Source: an uncultured Gammaproteobacteria bacterium
Lineage (GTDB): Bacteria > Patescibacteriota > Microgenomatia > PFEM01 > JAPLYW01
Length of the DNA: 64,000 nucleotides
Direction of reading: 5' to 3'
NCBI GenBank assembly: GCA_965230945.1
Contig: OZ246397.1
Coordinates: forward strand, 88,029-152,028
Below are positions 1 to 8,969 of this stretch, one piece after another (position 1 is the stretch's first letter; each line of letters starts with the position of its first letter). The notes beneath the pieces were generated by a model, which was given only the letters and a program-made list of their open reading frames with translations, searched no databases and was not told where the DNA came from. The position numbers and the translations under genes are program-made.

Positions 1-1073
1 CTGGCGGTAATAATTATACTTTTAAAACCTCTTAAGGCCTTTAGGTAAAGCCAAAGATAAGCAAAAAGCCCTAAAATCCCAGTGGTAGCCAGTACAAAAA
101 GTATGCTTGAATCAGTTCCGGCTGCTGAATGGCTAAGCTGCCATTTTTCTTCGTCAACCAAACCGTAATCCCTTTGGGCATAACGATAGGTATTAAAACC
201 AACACCTAAAAGAGGATTTTTCTGAAAAACACCAAAAGCCTGTTTATAATTTTCAGTTCTTGCCTCAATCGAATAAGTTCTCTCTAACTTACCTCCTTCT
301 CCTGAAGGACGAGGCACTAAAAACCAACCCATAGTTAGAAAAAGCATAATTAAAACTAAAAACCTAAAAGATTTCTTAAAAAGAGCTACTGCTCCTGCAC
401 CAACTAAAAAAGACAGCCAAGAGGCTCTAGAATAGGTCAAAACAAGCATAGCAAAAACAAATAAACCCATTAGTATCCATCCTTTTTTATTCTTCTTATC
501 CCAACCTAATTTAATTATTAAAATCAATGTTAAAACTAAAATCAAACCAGTAAACCCGGGATCAAGAAAAGTGCCTGCTACTCTATAAAAATGGGGGTCC
601 CACTGTAAAACCTCTAAAAATTTTAAGTTAGGATAAAGAAGATATTGAATCAATCCAAAGACGGCTACGAAAAAGCCTATTACTATCAAGTAATTAAAAA
701 TGTTTTTCTTAAATTCATTCTTAAGATCGGCCAAAACAAAATAAATGCCGGCATAGACAAGCCAACGAAAGAGATACAAAGAGCTTATTAAAACCTCTAA
801 TCCTGAAAAACGAAAACTAGCAACAAGCAGAGAAGATAAAGAGATGCCTGAAAAAACAAGAATTGGCTTAGTTAAAAAAGGCGCCTTATACTTTCTTTTA
901 ATAATTAAGAAGCGCCAAATCAACCAGAAAAACAAAAAGAAAAACAAAACAACATCGGTTAAATAAAGATGAACCTCAGGAAAACCAAAAGAAAAAAGCG
1001 GTAAGCGAATTAACTGCCCGAAAGGAAACAAAACTAAATAAACAAAAAAAAGGCTGGTGATTACTTTCTTCAT
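1..1073 (-). CDS. O-antigen ligase / Wzy_C-like polytopic membrane protein (partial; runs off the window start)
   Basis: Manual minus-strand translation from ATG at 1073..1071 (MKKVITSLFFVYLVLFPFGQ...) stays open to position 1. It is multi-TM and contains a TYSRASWLSF motif typical of the Wzy_C/O-antigen ligase family. The ATGA overlap with the upstream GT2 gene supports co-transcription. It is absent from the ORF track, probably because it is partial. Confidence 0.55.
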   Translation of the reverse strand, partial: MKKVITSLFFVYLVLFPFGQLIRLPLFSFGFPEVHLYLTDVVLFFFLFFWLIWRFLIIKRKYKAPFLTKPILVFSGISLSSLLVASFRFSGLEVLISSLYLFRWLVYAGIYFVLADLKNEFKKNIFNYLIVIGFFVAVFGLIQYLLYPNLKFLEVLQWDPHFYRVAGTFLDPGFTGLILVLTLILIIKLGWDKKNKKGWILMGLFVFAMLVLTYSRASWLSFLVGAGAVALFKKSFRFLVLIMLFLTMGWFLVPRPSGEGGKLERTYSIEARTENYKQAFGVFQKNPLLGVGFNTYRYAQRDYGLVDEEKWQLSHSAAGTDSSILFVLATTGILGLFAYLWLYLKALRGFKSIIITA

Positions 1074-1804
1074 AATCGATAAAGCTTTCCTCTTGATAAA
1101 AAAGAATGAAAACTCATCATTAAGGCTGTAATTAAACCTTGTATACCGTCCAAAAAGCCCAATCTAAGGATATAGTTTTGTAGAAACTTCCCCAAGGGAT
1201 TAAAGACAAGGCTAAACAAACTTGCCTTAACTCCTTCTTTTTTTAAAGACTGGGCATGCAAAGTAGAATAGAGATTAACTGTTTTTAAAAAATCACTGAT
1301 GGTAGTATGTGGGTAATGCAAGAGAGGATTTTTAAGCTCAGCTGTTCTACCTTTAATCATCCAAACTTCATGGACTCCCCTTTCCCATTGACCGGTATCC
1401 CTTTTGGCTAACCTTAATAATCTAACCCGGGCGGTTTCTCCATGTTTTAACCATCGATTACCAAAAAAATCATTCCTTCTAAAATAGAAACCCTTTATAT
1501 TTGATCCAGAGTCAATAATCTTTAAAATTTCTTTTTTAAGTTCTTCGGAAATTCTTTCATCGGCGTCTAGAAACAAAACCCACTTACCCCAAGCTTTTTT
1601 CAGACCAAAGTTACGTTGTTGGGCAAAACTATTATTTAAGGAACGAATAAAAACTCTAGCACCATATTTTTTGGCTATTTCGATTGTTTTGTCAGTGGAA
1701 TTATCATCGATAACTAAAATTTCGTCACACCATTTGATCGACTCTAAACAGTCTTGAAGATTTTTCTCTTCGTTCTTGGTTAAAACAACTACGGAAATCA
1801 TCAT
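1070..1804 (-). CDS. Family 2 glycosyltransferase (GT2; WaaE/KdtX-like)
   Basis: VVLTKNEEKNL...ILVIDDNSTDKT...FLDADE matches the GT-A DXD fold. Ends with TGA overlapping the next ATG. Confidence 0.8.
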   Translation of the reverse strand: MMISVVVLTKNEEKNLQDCLESIKWCDEILVIDDNSTDKTIEIAKKYGARVFIRSLNNSFAQQRNFGLKKAWGKWVLFLDADERISEELKKEILKIIDSGSNIKGFYFRRNDFFGNRWLKHGETARVRLLRLAKRDTGQWERGVHEVWMIKGRTAELKNPLLHYPHTTISDFLKTVNLYSTLHAQSLKKEGVKASLFSLVFNPLGKFLQNYILRLGFLDGIQGLITALMMSFHSFLSRGKLYRL

Positions 1805-1818
1805 TTGATTTTATCATA

Positions 1819-2292
1819 TTAAATTCGGTTAAGGAGCATTTTCGGAGCTAAGACAAGCAGATAAAGATAAGCCAGGGGACGACGATAGACAGGAATCCAG
1901 TTATTAATGAAAATAAAATTACTTAACAAAAGATGACACATATATCGTAATGACTTAGCCTTACCTTCGGAAAGTTTATGAAGAATTACTGATTGGGGTT
2001 CTAAAGCAATTTTATCCTTTTCTAAATCTAGAAGCTTAAAGCTTACAGGTAAATAAAAATGATTATTTGATTTAGCCCATTTAATCGTCTTTTTATCTAT
2101 ATCTATTCCTTCTACAGTTTTTGCCACACTTAACAAAAGAGTCATTCCATAACCAGTACCACATGCTACATCAAGAATTTTTTTATTAACAGAGAAATTG
2201 AGCGAGAAAACGTATCTTTGAATATGAAGCATCCAATTTACTACATCTTTATACATTTTATCCGGAACCACTTTTTCACCAGTATATTCCAT
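1819..2292 (-). CDS. Class I SAM-dependent methyltransferase-like protein (short; atypical C-terminus)
   Basis: DVACGTGYG motif I and GIDIDKKTIKWAK post-I region. After about residue 95 the sequence stops looking like a methyltransferase, which suggests a truncated or degenerate gene. The other two frames are closed. Confidence 0.45.
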   Translation of the reverse strand: MEYTGEKVVPDKMYKDVVNWMLHIQRYVFSLNFSVNKKILDVACGTGYGMTLLLSVAKTVEGIDIDKKTIKWAKSNNHFYLPVSFKLLDLEKDKIALEPQSVILHKLSEGKAKSLRYMCHLLLSNFIFINNWIPVYRRPLAYLYLLVLAPKMLLNRI

Positions 2293-2351
2293 GTTTTTTA
2301 CTTATACTTAAAAGAGTTTATCAAATTTATAAAAAATTAACAATTTACCCC

Positions 2352-2380
2352 TTGACAAAGTATTGATAAATTAGTTTAAT
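2352..2380 (+). promoter_or_regulatory. Putative sigma70-like promoter for the lipase gene (TTGACA-N17-TTTAAT)
   Basis: TTGACA at 2352-2357 and TTTAAT at 2375-2380 in the divergent intergenic region 2293..2403. Confidence 0.3.
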
Positions 2381-2403
2381 TTAGACAAACAAGTCGGAAA
2401 GGC

Positions 2404-4962
2404 TTGTTTTTTATTATGCGAAAATTCATTATACCAAAGCTTTTCTTCTTCATCTTTTGTTTTATTTCACTTCTTTTTATCTTTCCAACTATAATACAAG
2501 CAACTGAAAATATCTTATTTGAAGATAATTTTGAGAATGATAAAAAATCTGATTGGGAAGAATATATGGGTCTAAATGGAAATTGGACTATAGAAAATGG
2601 TGAATATGTAGGAACTGTAACTAAAAATTGTAGTGGAGATTTCCCGAGTTACTCTTTGGTAGGGGATATTAATTGGACTAATTACAGTTTTGAGGTACGA
2701 ATGAAAGGAACAAAAGGAGTTGATAAAAAGATTTTATTCCGATACAACTCCAATATGGAAAAAACTTATGACCTAAATTTAATAAGCAATAATATACTAG
2801 GAGTAGGTAAACAACATCCCTCTGGGAGTTGGGTTAAGACAATATCATTTAACAACTCCTCTGATACATGGTACAAAATCAAAGTAGTCCTAAAAAATGA
2901 AAATATAAAAATTTATATAGACGATATCCTTCAGTTCGATTTTAACGATACCGACAATCCAATACTAAATGGAAAAGTTGGTCTCCAGGTATGGCCAGGA
3001 TATTATGCCGGGTGTGGGGGAAGAACTACTGTTCATTACGATGATGTAATAATAAAAGGTGATGTTTCTTCTACACCAACATCTACTCCAACCCCAACCA
3101 TAATTCCTACACCCACTCCAACTACTACCCCACCTCCTCTTCAATCCCTTATACTTCTCCCTGGCCTTGGTGGTTCTTGGAATCATGAAAATATGATTCT
3201 GGGTATAGAAAAACCTCAATCTGAATGGTATATGACACCTGGAATTAAGGTTTACGATGGATTGATCGAAACACTTAAGAATGCTGGGTACAAAACTGAA
3301 AGTGAAGATAAGAATCTTTTTGTTTTTAATTACAACTGGACTAAACCCGTTAATTCAATTACCGAAGATCTCAAAACATATATTGAAAACGTCGTTAAGC
3401 CTTCATCTGAAGAAGAAATTGATCTCATAGGACATAGCTTGGGGGGATTAGTCGGCAGAACCTATGTCCAAAACAATCAAGAAAATCATGTTGATCAATT
3501 AATCACTTTAGGCTCGCCACTTAAAGGTATCCCTTTTGTTTATTATCTCTGGGAAGGTGGCGATTTAAATAGATTTCTCCCTGACTGGCAAAGAATCGGC
3601 GCTGGACTTCTACTCCATTTAAGAAAACCAGGGTTTTCAACCGATATGGAGGCCTTGAGAACTGTTACCCCTATTTTAAATGACCTCCTTCCAACTTTTA
3701 GTTATCTTAAACAAAACGGAAATGAAAAAGAATTAAACCAAATGTCAGAAAAAAATAACTGGTTAATCGACCTTAATAATTCCCTGCCAGATTATTTGCT
3801 TTCTGTAACCAATAATTTTCTCGGTATTTTTTCTGATAGCACCACTAGATGGATAAATGTTACTGATCGTGACTGGCTTGATCGTCTGCTTGGTTTTTGG
3901 CCGGATGGTAAACCTATTAGTGAAGAATTCGGCGAGGGTGACAAAACAGTTTTGTCTGAGAGTGCTTCTTTAAATGGAACAACTATCACTCGCCTAGAAA
4001 ATATTGGTCATCAAGAATTAGTAACTTCACTTAATTCTCAACAAAAAATTATGGAAGCTCTTAATTTAAACCCAAGTTCTATTTCTACCATCTCTACCAA
4101 TCTTAATTACGATTCTTCTTTGGTTTTTCAAATTGCTTCTCCTGCCACCATAACCATTACTGATCCTAATGGAGATTCAGCCGGCGAGGGTGATGGCAAG
4201 TTAATAATAATTAACAGCCCTTTGCCGGGCGAATATCAAGTAAATTTAATCGAGACAGCTACTGGTCCCTACGATCTATATATCGGTCAAATTCTTAGTA
4301 ATCAAGATTTTTGGACAACTACTTCTGGCTCAATTGATAAAGGAGATGAGATTAGTTATAAAATTACTTTTAGTCCTTCTACTCCTTTGGAAAATCCAGT
4401 CATCGACCAAACAGGCAAAACTTATATTGAAACGGCTCAAAAACAAATTTCAAATTTAAAAGAAGAAATTAAACAGCAAAATTTTCATCCTTTTATGAAA
4501 AGATTAATTCTTATCCAATTAAATCGTATTGAATCCTTGTTGAATAAATATAAACTTAAAAAAACGATCATTTCTCTTTATCGATTCAGGCTCACCATCA
4601 GTTTTTGGCAAAATATGAGTAAATTAGATGAAAACAAAAGTCTTTATTTCAAAAATAAGGCCCAAGAAATTATCGATAATTTAGAAGAGGTTTATGTTAT
4701 CTCTGAGACCAATAAAGGCAAAATCTATAATCAGCGTCGTTTAAAAAGAGAAATAGCTTTAGCTCAAAAAATCTTTGAGAAAATGGAAAACAAACTTCAA
4801 AAACTTTCTAAAAGAGGTATGGTAAATCCAGACTATGGCGCTTTGTATCTCTTAGCTCAAGCAAAATTAAGTAAAGCGAAAGCTTCTACTTCCTATAAAG
4901 CTCATATCAACACCCTCGGCACCAAACTTCTTTCCCGAGAAGGATTCTTTCTTTTTAAATAA
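2404..4962 (+). CDS. Secreted multidomain protein: N-terminal signal/TM, LamG/DUF1080-like jelly-roll (lectin or glycoside-hydrolase-like) domain, Thr/Pro-rich linker, alpha/beta-hydrolase lipase/esterase domain (GHSLGG), C-terminal coiled-coil region
   Basis: Hydrophobic N-terminus. The region FEDNFEND...NGEYVG...VRMKG...IYIDD resembles the DUF1080/3-keto-disaccharide-hydrolase-like fold. STPTSTPTPTIIPTPTPTTTPPP linker. LLPGLGGS...IDLIGHSLGGLVGRTY...ITLGSP matches a lipase-type Ser hydrolase. Confidence 0.7.
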   Translation: MFFIMRKFIIPKLFFFIFCFISLLFIFPTIIQATENILFEDNFENDKKSDWEEYMGLNGNWTIENGEYVGTVTKNCSGDFPSYSLVGDINWTNYSFEVRMKGTKGVDKKILFRYNSNMEKTYDLNLISNNILGVGKQHPSGSWVKTISFNNSSDTWYKIKVVLKNENIKIYIDDILQFDFNDTDNPILNGKVGLQVWPGYYAGCGGRTTVHYDDVIIKGDVSSTPTSTPTPTIIPTPTPTTTPPPLQSLILLPGLGGSWNHENMILGIEKPQSEWYMTPGIKVYDGLIETLKNAGYKTESEDKNLFVFNYNWTKPVNSITEDLKTYIENVVKPSSEEEIDLIGHSLGGLVGRTYVQNNQENHVDQLITLGSPLKGIPFVYYLWEGGDLNRFLPDWQRIGAGLLLHLRKPGFSTDMEALRTVTPILNDLLPTFSYLKQNGNEKELNQMSEKNNWLIDLNNSLPDYLLSVTNNFLGIFSDSTTRWINVTDRDWLDRLLGFWPDGKPISEEFGEGDKTVLSESASLNGTTITRLENIGHQELVTSLNSQQKIMEALNLNPSSISTISTNLNYDSSLVFQIASPATITITDPNGDSAGEGDGKLIIINSPLPGEYQVNLIETATGPYDLYIGQILSNQDFWTTTSGSIDKGDEISYKITFSPSTPLENPVIDQTGKTYIETAQKQISNLKEEIKQQNFHPFMKRLILIQLNRIESLLNKYKLKKTIISLYRFRLTISFWQNMSKLDENKSLYFKNKAQEIIDNLEEVYVISETNKGKIYNQRRLKREIALAQKIFEKMENKLQKLSKRGMVNPDYGALYLLAQAKLSKAKASTSYKAHINTLGTKLLSREGFFLFK

Positions 4963-5027
4963 AACATATAATATTTACCTACTTTGGCCATTTTTTATTT
5001 ATCAAAAATTTACTATACTAAAGACAT

Positions 5028-5654
5028 ATGTTATTTAGGGAATCAAAATTTGAGAAACCACCCGAGATAAAGATAGAAAAGGAGGGATCAAAAGAAATAG
5101 AAAAATTAGAAAATTCTTCAGAAAAATTAAGAAGAGTATTAAAATTTATAGATAAAAATATATTCCCAGAAAATCCTTTGCCTGTAAAAATAGTGAAAGA
5201 AATAAAAAGCAAATACGAAAAGAAAATCCCAGCGGCGCAACATTATTTTGACGAAGGCAAAAAAGGAGAAATGCTAAATGAGCATTATCAAGTAAATGAA
5301 AGAATTAATGAAAAGGAGAAAAATTTTGATGATATTATTGAAGTGGCGATTCATGAAGTAAGACATAGAGTTCAACACACTTTCCCAATAGAATTATTTA
5401 CGAGGGATAATTGGAAAAAATTTGAAGAAAAATATCCATCACTAAAGTTATTAAAAGAAAGGTTGCCGGAAAATCTTAGTCCAAATGATTTTGATGCCTG
5501 TATACTTGAAAATTTGTCATCTTTTTTGAGAAAAAATGGGGTTTCATTATCAGAGATTTCGAAAAGTATCATTCCTAAAAATGCGAGAGAGATATTTGAA
5601 AATATAGAAATTTTAGCAAAAGAGAAAAAATTTATCATTCCTAAAGCTGATTAG
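5028..5654 (+). CDS. Hypothetical Lys/Glu-rich protein with HEXXH motif (possible small metallopeptidase-like protein)
   Basis: Longest ORF in the region, containing AIHEVRHRVQH (HEVRH). No recognisable family. The antisense ORFs 5018..5212 and 5372..5638 are low-complexity mirrors. Confidence 0.45.
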   Translation: MLFRESKFEKPPEIKIEKEGSKEIEKLENSSEKLRRVLKFIDKNIFPENPLPVKIVKEIKSKYEKKIPAAQHYFDEGKKGEMLNEHYQVNERINEKEKNFDDIIEVAIHEVRHRVQHTFPIELFTRDNWKKFEEKYPSLKLLKERLPENLSPNDFDACILENLSSFLRKNGVSLSEISKSIIPKNAREIFENIEILAKEKKFIIPKAD

Positions 5655-5725
5655 AAAAGAACTTTTTACAAAATCCTACTTCGTAAAGTTTAACTTTTCA
5701 ACTAAAGAGTGGAATAATTATCAGT

Positions 5726-5802
5726 GGGTGGTCGCTAGAGGATTCGAACCTCTGACCTCTTCGATGTGAACGAAGCGCTCTAACCAACTGAGCTAAACGA
5801 CC
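5726..5802 (-). tRNA. tRNA-Val (anticodon CAC)
   Basis: Reverse complement reads GGTCGTTTAGCTCAGTTGGTTAGAGCGCTTCGTTCACATCGAAGAGGTCAGAGGTTCGAATCCTCTAGCGACCA. The cloverleaf is clean: acceptor GGTCGTT/AGCGACC, D-arm GCTC/GAGC, anticodon stem CTTCG/CGAAG with loop TTCACAT, and T-arm AGAGG-TTCGAAT-CCTCT. Confidence 0.9.
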
Positions 5803-5830
5803 AGATGACTAATTCTACCAAATTTCCTAC

Positions 5831-5859
5831 TTGCAAGCCAATACTTACTAAAGCATAAT
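5831..5859 (+). promoter_or_regulatory. Sigma70-like promoter TTGCAA-N17-CATAAT placed about 6 nt before the lepB ATG (leaderless or near-leaderless)
   Basis: TTGCAA at 5831-5836, CATAAT at 5854-5859, ATG at 5866. No Shine-Dalgarno sequence precedes the ATG. On the opposite strand, TTGGCT-N18-TAGAAT overlaps the same palindromic CTTGCAAG and could drive tRNA-Val. Confidence 0.4.
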
Positions 5860-5865
5860 AATACC

Positions 5866-6420
5866 ATGAGCTTTTTCAAAAGAGCTGGCTCTATTTTTTT
5901 AGATATTGTTGAGACAATTGTCATTGCTTTAGCAATATTTGTTATTGTTTACCTCTTCCTCTTTCAACCCCACCAAGTCCGTGGTAATTCCATGTACCCT
6001 AATTTCCATGACGGTGATTATCTTCTAACTGACAAAATTTCCTATCACCTAAGCCAACCAAAAAGAGACGATGTGATAATCTTTACTGCCCCTAGAAATG
6101 AAGGTTATGATTATATCAAAAGAATTGTTGCCTTACCTAGAGAAAAAGTAAAGTTAGTTGAAGATGGTCTTTTAATAAATAGCGAAATAGCAGAAGAACC
6201 TTATTTTGTAGACGACCAAAAAACTTTTGGGGGTAATTTCTTAAAGATGGATGAAGAGGTTACTGTTCCCGAAGATAATTACTTTGTTTTAGGGGACAAT
6301 CGCAACCATAGTTCTGATTCAAGAGACTGGGGTTTTGTACCTCGAAAAAATATTATCGGGAGAGCCTGGTTTAGGTATTGGCCAGTAAAAGAAATGGGTC
6401 TTATAACTAAAATTCCTTAA
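5866..6420 (+). CDS. lepB: Signal peptidase I
   Basis: N-terminal TM, VRGNSMYP (catalytic Ser box), and GDNRNHSSDSRDWGFV (S26 box E). Confidence 0.9.
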   Translation: MSFFKRAGSIFLDIVETIVIALAIFVIVYLFLFQPHQVRGNSMYPNFHDGDYLLTDKISYHLSQPKRDDVIIFTAPRNEGYDYIKRIVALPREKVKLVEDGLLINSEIAEEPYFVDDQKTFGGNFLKMDEEVTVPEDNYFVLGDNRNHSSDSRDWGFVPRKNIIGRAWFRYWPVKEMGLITKIP

Positions 6421-7241
6421 CCTTTTATTCCTCCGTGAACTTTCCAAAGTTTCTTTTCCGTTTCCTCTAAGCTTCCTTTAAAAATAATCAGGATTCTTGT
6501 TTCTACCCTTGAACGTGTTATCCTAACACGAGTCTTATTGTCTCCACCTAAAGATTGATGAATTTCATCCCTAATTCGGTCTGTTTCATCAGAAATAATA
6601 TGAGGAGTACTTGTCTTTCCTCTAATGGCCTGGCCTGCTTTCTTCTTTACCCTTCGAGAAATATCCTCAGCTCGGCGCACCGAGCCTGACTCTCTGAGAA
6701 TCATTTTATAAGCTTCAACCATTAACTTTGGGTCATCAATACCAGCTAAAGCCCGAGCATGACCCTCAGTAATTAAATTAGAAAGCAAACCATCTTTTAA
6801 AGCATCTGGTAAATTTAGTAACCTAATCGAATTGGAAACAAATGAAGGGCTTTTACTAATTCTTTCAGCAATCTCTTTATTGCTTAATTTAAACTCTTCC
6901 ATTAAACGGGTCAAAGCTTGAGCCCTTTCAATAGGGTTTAAATCTTCTCTTTGTACATTCTCAACCAAAGCCATTTCTAGCATCCCCTGAGGAGTAGTCT
7001 CTTTAATAATTACCGGTACTGTCTTTAAACCAGCTAATCTACCAGCACGCCAACGTCTCTCACCCGCAATTAACTGATAACCAGCGGGGGTTTTGGCCAC
7101 TACCAAAGGCTCTAATACCCCGTGTTCTTTAATCGACTTAGCCAACTCTGCTAAGGATTCATTACTAATCAAGCTCCTTGGTTGAAGCGGATTTGACTGG
7201 AGTAAATCAATATCTAATTCGATGACCTGTTTTGGTGCCAT
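6417..7241 (-). CDS. parB: Chromosome partitioning protein ParB/Spo0J
   Basis: IELDIDLLQSNPLQPR...GERRWRAGRLAG arginine-finger box, plus a helix-turn-helix region. Overlaps lepB convergently by 4 nt. Confidence 0.85.
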   Translation of the reverse strand: MAPKQVIELDIDLLQSNPLQPRSLISNESLAELAKSIKEHGVLEPLVVAKTPAGYQLIAGERRWRAGRLAGLKTVPVIIKETTPQGMLEMALVENVQREDLNPIERAQALTRLMEEFKLSNKEIAERISKSPSFVSNSIRLLNLPDALKDGLLSNLITEGHARALAGIDDPKLMVEAYKMILRESGSVRRAEDISRRVKKKAGQAIRGKTSTPHIISDETDRIRDEIHQSLGGDNKTRVRITRSRVETRILIIFKGSLEETEKKLWKVHGGIKG

Positions 7242-7243
7242 AT

Positions 7244-7489
7244 TTAAACAACAAATACTAAATTTTTACCTTGTTTTTTTCTAAACTCAACTCTGCCATC
7301 CTTTAAAGCAAATAAAGTATGATCTCTCCCTAAACCAACACCTTCTCCGGGATGAAACTTAGTACCTCTTTGTCGAAGAATAATATTACCCACCTTAATA
7401 TTCTGTCCACCAAAAATTTTAACACCTAAACGTTTGCCTGGACGAGGAGGTTGTTGTCTTGTTCTACCTGCAGCTTTTGTTTTTGACAT
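7244..7489 (-). CDS. rpmA: 50S ribosomal protein L27
   Basis: [11 protein letters not shown]...[21 protein letters not shown]. Confidence 0.95.
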   Translation of the reverse strand: MSKTKAAGRTRQQPPRPGKRLGVKIFGGQNIKVGNIILRQRGTKFHPGEGVGLGRDHTLFALKDGRVEFRKKQGKNLVFVV

Positions 7490-7536
7490 AAAAGTTATCT
7501 AGTTTTCATACATACTAATCAATGTTTTCACAAATG

Positions 7537-7857
7537 TCAAGCAGAAACAATCTTTTCTATCCTGATTTTAGTTAGAAGTGATCTTGAACCTTTTACCTTA
7601 CGAAAGCGAGATTTGGCTTTATAGGTAGCCACCTTTATTTTCTTTCCTTTAAACTGATCAATAATCCTTGCTTTTACTTTAACTCCTTTAACCAAAGGCT
7701 GGCCAATCCTTATCTTTTTATCATCCACTAAAAGTAAAACTTCTTCAAAAGTTAATAAAGAGTCCTTTTTACCCTCTATCTTATTAACCTCAATTTCATC
7801 TGCTTCGGAAACTTTACATTGAGAACCGGCAATTTTAATAACAGCATATTTTTTCAT
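7537..7857 (-). CDS. rplU: 50S ribosomal protein L21
   Basis: MKKYAVIKIAGSQCKV...; the L21-L27 gene order is conserved. Confidence 0.9.
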   Translation of the reverse strand: MKKYAVIKIAGSQCKVSEADEIEVNKIEGKKDSLLTFEEVLLLVDDKKIRIGQPLVKGVKVKARIIDQFKGKKIKVATYKAKSRFRKVKGSRSLLTKIRIEKIVSA

Positions 7858-7880
7858 AGGTTTCCATTATAATATTTTCC

Positions 7881-8969
7881 TTACCTTATCTCAACCGTCT
7901 TTTCTCTATTTTTAACCTTAGCAATATTATTAACTATACCCAAAGCCATCATCGTGGAAAGTAAAGAGCTCCCCCCATAGGAAAGTAGAGGTAAAGTAAG
8001 ACCAGTAATTGGCAATAAACCTAGGTTCATACCTATATTTACAAAAACCTGGATAAAAAGAAGACTAAAAACACCAAGGCAAACCAAAGAAGCAAACCGA
8101 TCTTCAATATTTACAGCCAACAATAAAATCCTTAAAAGGAGAAAGAAAAATAATAAAATTAAAATTACAGCACCAATAAAACCAAGTTCTTCAGCTAAAG
8201 AAGCAAAAATGAAATCAGTCTGTCTTTCAGGTAAAAACTGTAAATGAGACTGAGTCCCCCTGCCCAATCCCCGACCAAAAAGCTGGCCTGAACCAATGGC
8301 AATCTTAGACTGAATTAGATTAAAACCAGAACCCAAAGGATCAGCTGAGGGATTTAAGAAAGTAAAAATACGCTCTTTTTGATAATCTCTTAAAAAGTGC
8401 CAAATTAAGGGAAGAAATAAGGATAAAATAGCCACTCCAAACAACAACCATCTGCCTTTGACAGCCTTTGCTAAAAGCATTCCTAGCCAAACAAAAACTA
8501 TCACCAAACTGCTTCCTAAATCGGGCTGAAAAAAAACAAGTAAAGCTACCAAAGCCATTAAAAAACCAGACTTGATGAGCTTTTTAAGGCCAATTTTGTC
8601 ATCAGAAAACAAAAAAGCAAAAAACAAAATTAAAAAAGGCTTGACTAATTCTGACGATTGAATACTGAAACCTCCGACCTGTAACCACCTAACAGAGCCA
8701 CGAGTAATGGCTCCAAATAAAACGGTAACTAACAAAAAGAAAATGGAAGCAAAATAAAAAAGCCAAGAAAAGCGTTCATAATGTCTGTAGTCAATATGAG
8801 TAAAGATAAAAAAGACAATCAGACCTAAAATAACCCATATTACCTGCTGAATAAACAAAGAGGGGAAAATACTTTTTAAGATAAATAGGCTTAGAAATAG
8901 AAGAATCAGAACTAGACCTAAAATAACCCAGTCAAAACTAAAAAAACGCTTAAACATATTAATCAACAA
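7881..8969 (-). CDS. SEDS-family peptidoglycan glycosyltransferase (FtsW/RodA/SpoVE), second copy outside the dcw cluster (RodA-like by exclusion)
   Basis: About 10 TM segments and PERQTDFIFASLAEELGFIG; paralogue of the gene at 19234. Confidence 0.8.
   Translation of the reverse strand: MLINMFKRFFSFDWVILGLVLILLFLSLFILKSIFPSLFIQQVIWVILGLIVFFIFTHIDYRHYERFSWLFYFASIFFLLVTVLFGAITRGSVRWLQVGGFSIQSSELVKPFLILFFAFLFSDDKIGLKKLIKSGFLMALVALLVFFQPDLGSSLVIVFVWLGMLLAKAVKGRWLLFGVAILSLFLPLIWHFLRDYQKERIFTFLNPSADPLGSGFNLIQSKIAIGSGQLFGRGLGRGTQSHLQFLPERQTDFIFASLAEELGFIGAVILILLFFFLLLRILLLAVNIEDRFASLVCLGVFSLLFIQVFVNIGMNLGLLPITGLTLPLLSYGGSSLLSTMMALGIVNNIAKVKNREKTVEIR

Noticed and set aside
2965-3989. Minus-strand ORFs 2965..3219 and 3792..3989 within the lipase gene
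   Set aside because: Antisense to a long, domain-rich ORF. The Trp/Arg-rich translation mirrors the Thr/Pro linker.
6514-6530. Perfect 7-bp inverted repeat CGTGTTA-TCC-TAACACG inside the 3' end of parB, considered as a parS site
   Set aside because: Does not match the parS consensus (TGTTNCACGTGAAACA) in arrangement. Intragenic and short; likely chance.
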